Positions 6,428 to 8,575 of a stretch of DNA of 8,575 nt are shown here, piece after piece. Source of the stretch: Octopus sinensis (Eukaryota). Location of the stretch: assembly GCF_006345805.1 (NCBI RefSeq), contig NW_021828484.1, positions 1 to 8,575 on the forward strand, given 5' to 3'. A model generated the notes under the pieces. It was not told the DNA's origin and ran no database searches. It worked only from the letters and a program-made list of their open reading frames with translations. A program made the position numbers and the translations under genes. Each line of letters opens with the position of its first letter. The first letter of the stretch is position 1.

Positions 6428-6665
6428 CTCCTCGTTTGTTTATCAATATCGATAACGCAGCAAATGATTTGAGCTCAAATGCTGGCAATTCATTGGTTAA
6501 AATTCGAAGAATTAAACTACGTTAAACTTACAAATTACAATCTTCTCAAAAAAGCCAAGTGAAAATAATGTTTTCTTTTGACACATTCTACCAGTATACG
6601 AAGTTTCAAATTGTTTATTTAACTAGAAATTCTGTTGAATTCCGTCCATCAAAAGGAAAAGATCC
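6428..6665 (-). repeat. interspersed repeat copy; right arm of inverted pair
   Basis: 6455-6665 pairs with 5187-5396; 6428-6452 is the exact reverse complement of 5687-5711 (25 bp). Confidence 0.95.
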
Positions 6666-6755
6666 GGTTAATTTGTGTAAATAAAATCGTTTTTCTTTGG
6701 AAGAGAAAAAAAAGTCTATTTCTTCTTTTGCTGGTGTCACAAATTTAGGTTAAAT

Positions 6756-6815
6756 CAGTGTTTCTCAAAGGGGAGGCCTATGGGACGGTCGGACAAGTTG
6801 TTTTGAGAAAATTTG
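6756..6815. mobile_element. putative 60-bp hAT (Charlie-like) MITE
   Basis: Ends CAGTGTTTCTCAAA and TTTGAGAAAATTTG (11/14 inverted match). The 8-bp flanks ggttaaat (6748-6755) and gtttaaat (6816-6823) match 7/8. Confidence 0.55.
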
Positions 6816-6865
6816 GTTTAAATGTTTGACAACTCATCACAGTCCATTGGACGGGGGGGGGGGCG

Positions 6866-7058
6866 CTTTGCTCGTATATATATATATATATATATATATA
6901 CATACTATGGGCTTCTTCAGTTTCCGTCTACCAAATCCACTCACAAGGCTTTGGTCGGCCCGAGGCTATAGTAGAAGACACTTGCCCAAGGTGCCACGCA
7001 GTGGGACTGAACGCGGAACAATGTGATTCGTTAGCAAGCTACTTACAACACAGCCACT
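6866..7058 (-). mobile_element. tRNA-derived SINE ending in (TA)n
   Basis: Body 6909-7058 is homologous to 1-64 and 7975-8141; (TA)n at 6866-6901. The head boxes are degenerate. Confidence 0.85.
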
Positions 7059-7223
7059 TTCAAATATATAATCAAAATAAGCAACAAGGATATCCTTGAT
7101 TTTAATCACATTACTTTGAAATTGTTTAGATAATACCCTACTAAATTCTGCACTTAACAATGAAACCTTAGTGTAACTCCACTTAATAGTACTTAACATA
7201 ATAGTACTATTTGTCAGACACTA

Positions 7224-7310
7224 ACACTGACACACACACGCACGCACACACACGCACACACAGACACACACGCACGCACACACACGCACGCAAACGCCCA
7301 CGCACACACA
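7224..7310. repeat. (CA)n/(CACG)n microsatellite
   Basis: Directly visible. Confidence 0.95.
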
Positions 7311-7430
7311 GCTGCAGGCAGACACAAGAACAAAGTAATCTCCTCCCTCCCTTCCTCTTATTAGTTACCATCCCTCTACCACCATTTTCCAATTCACTTT
7401 CACTTTCTTTCTGAACCATCTTCGTAATAG

Positions 7431-7495
7431 AAAGCCGTCGTGTTAGGATCTACAAGATTAGAATACCAGGGAAACGGAGCTAAAGAAATTAAAAG
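7431..7495 (+). other. candidate 65-nt internal exon (KAVVLGSTRLEYQGNGAKEIK), unverified
   Basis: Pyrimidine tract at 7393-7423, AG at 7429-7430, one open frame, strong donor AAG|GTAAGA at 7495/7496. The peptide is not recognised. Confidence 0.3.
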
Positions 7496-7656
7496 GTAAG
7501 ACAATTCAGTATACCTCCACATGTACGCCCCACCCCCAGCGCATCTGAATTTTCGAAACTCCTCTTCCTAATCACAGAAAATAATAATTCTGATATAATC
7601 AAGGTTCTTTTTGTCATATTCGTTTTCTATGCAGCCGTTAAAAAGAGCGGTCGCAG

Positions 7657-7731
7657 TGCGCACACTCGCGCTTCTGCGCTAGCTAGTCGTGACTTGTCGA
7701 TCCTATAACGACTACCTAGCGCGAGTGCGCG
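7657..7731. other. GC/CpG-rich hairpin
   Basis: 7676-7690 pairs with 7708-7722 (14/15); cactcgcgct 7663-7672 is the exact reverse complement of 7718-7727. Confidence 0.8.
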
Positions 7732-7737
7732 TATACT

Positions 7738-8141
7738 CTTTTACATTCTTCAGTCATTTGACTGTGGCCATGCTGGAGCACCACCGGATCTTTTCCTTTT
7801 GAACGGCACATGTCAACACAATTTCTAGTTAACGCACATGTCAACACAATTTCTAGTTAAACTTCGTATAATGGTAGAATGTTTCAAAATAAAACATTTT
7901 TTTTCTCTTGGCTTTCTTGATTGGAGGACAAACACAAGCATATACACACACACATGCATATATATGTACATATATACGACAGGCTTCTTTCAGTTTCCGT
8001 CTACCAAATCCACTCACAAGGCTTTGGTCAGCTCGAGGCTATTGTAGAAGACATTTGTCCAAAGTGGCATGCAGTGGGACTGAACCCAGAGCCATGTAGT
8101 GGGTAAGCAAGCTACTTACCACACAGCCACTCCTGCGCCTA
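7738..8141 (-). mobile_element. tRNA-derived SINE interrupted by a repeat at ~7787-7922
   Basis: Tail fragment at 7738-7786, internal microsatellite and body at 7923-8141. The head has TGGCTGTGTGG and GGTTCAGTCCC boxes on the minus strand. Confidence 0.8.
7787..7920 (+). repeat. fourth copy of the ggatcttttcc interspersed family, with internal 28-bp-period tandem duplication
   Basis: ggatcttttccttttgaacggc...; gcacatgtcaacacaatttctagttaa at 7806-7832 and 7834-7860. Confidence 0.85.
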
Positions 8142-8175
8142 TAAATATGTATATATTCATAAAAGTATATATATA

Positions 8176-8223
<48 letters not shown>

Positions 8224-8235
8224 TAGAGAGAAAGA

Positions 8236-8374
8236 GGGGGTGGCGATCCCTGCTGTACTCTTTCGCCACAACTTTCTCTCACTCAGCGGGGTGGCGTCAT
8301 CTGAAGGCTAAAACAATGCGAAGCGTATTGTGACCAGCGATGTGTAGCAACATCTGATAATCTGGTCGGTCACG

Positions 8375-8380
<6 letters not shown>
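8236..8380 (+). mobile_element. 3' portion of a second SINE family, internally deleted
   Basis: 8284-8374 matches the reverse complement of 8463-8552 with about 7 differences and ends in (TA)n. The family is recalled from octopus. Confidence 0.75.
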
Positions 8381-8415
<35 letters not shown>

Positions 8416-8451
8416 CGCATATATAACAGTGCATATATATATATATATATA

Positions 8452-8575
8452 TCACGTGATCACGTGACCGACCAGACCATCAGACGTTGTTACACATCGC
8501 TGGTCACAATGCGTTCGCATTGTTTTAGCCTTCAGATGACGCTACCCCGCTGGCTAAGCGAGCAGGCCAACAGAA
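8452..8575 (-). mobile_element. same SINE family in opposite orientation, running off the window end
   Basis: Tail-to-tail with 8236-8380 across the TA tract at 8379-8452. Confidence 0.75.

Noticed and set aside
21-8311. All ORFs in the supplied track as protein-coding genes
   Set aside because: Nearly all are read-throughs of (TA)n, (CA)n or (TG)n tracts (poly-YI, HT, VC) or of SINE sequence. None resembles a protein family I recognise.

Overview
AT-rich eukaryotic non-coding DNA with almost no credible coding sequence; the supplied ORFs are mostly microsatellite read-through. The tRNA-derived SINE families match those I recall from octopus (coleoid cephalopod) genomes, but this is recognition from memory, not a search. 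The window is a nested patchwork of SINEs, a non-autonomous Helitron with a paralogous empty site in the same window, a Helentron-associated (HINE-like) 5' end, a tiny hAT-like MITE and long microsatellites. It also holds at least five inverted-repeat or fold-back structures. The most interesting signal is two distinct type I hammerhead-ribozyme-like motifs with palindromic stem III, typical of Penelope-like element ends. Their short tails end in (TA)n tracts, and they occur tail-to-tail and as fold-backs.
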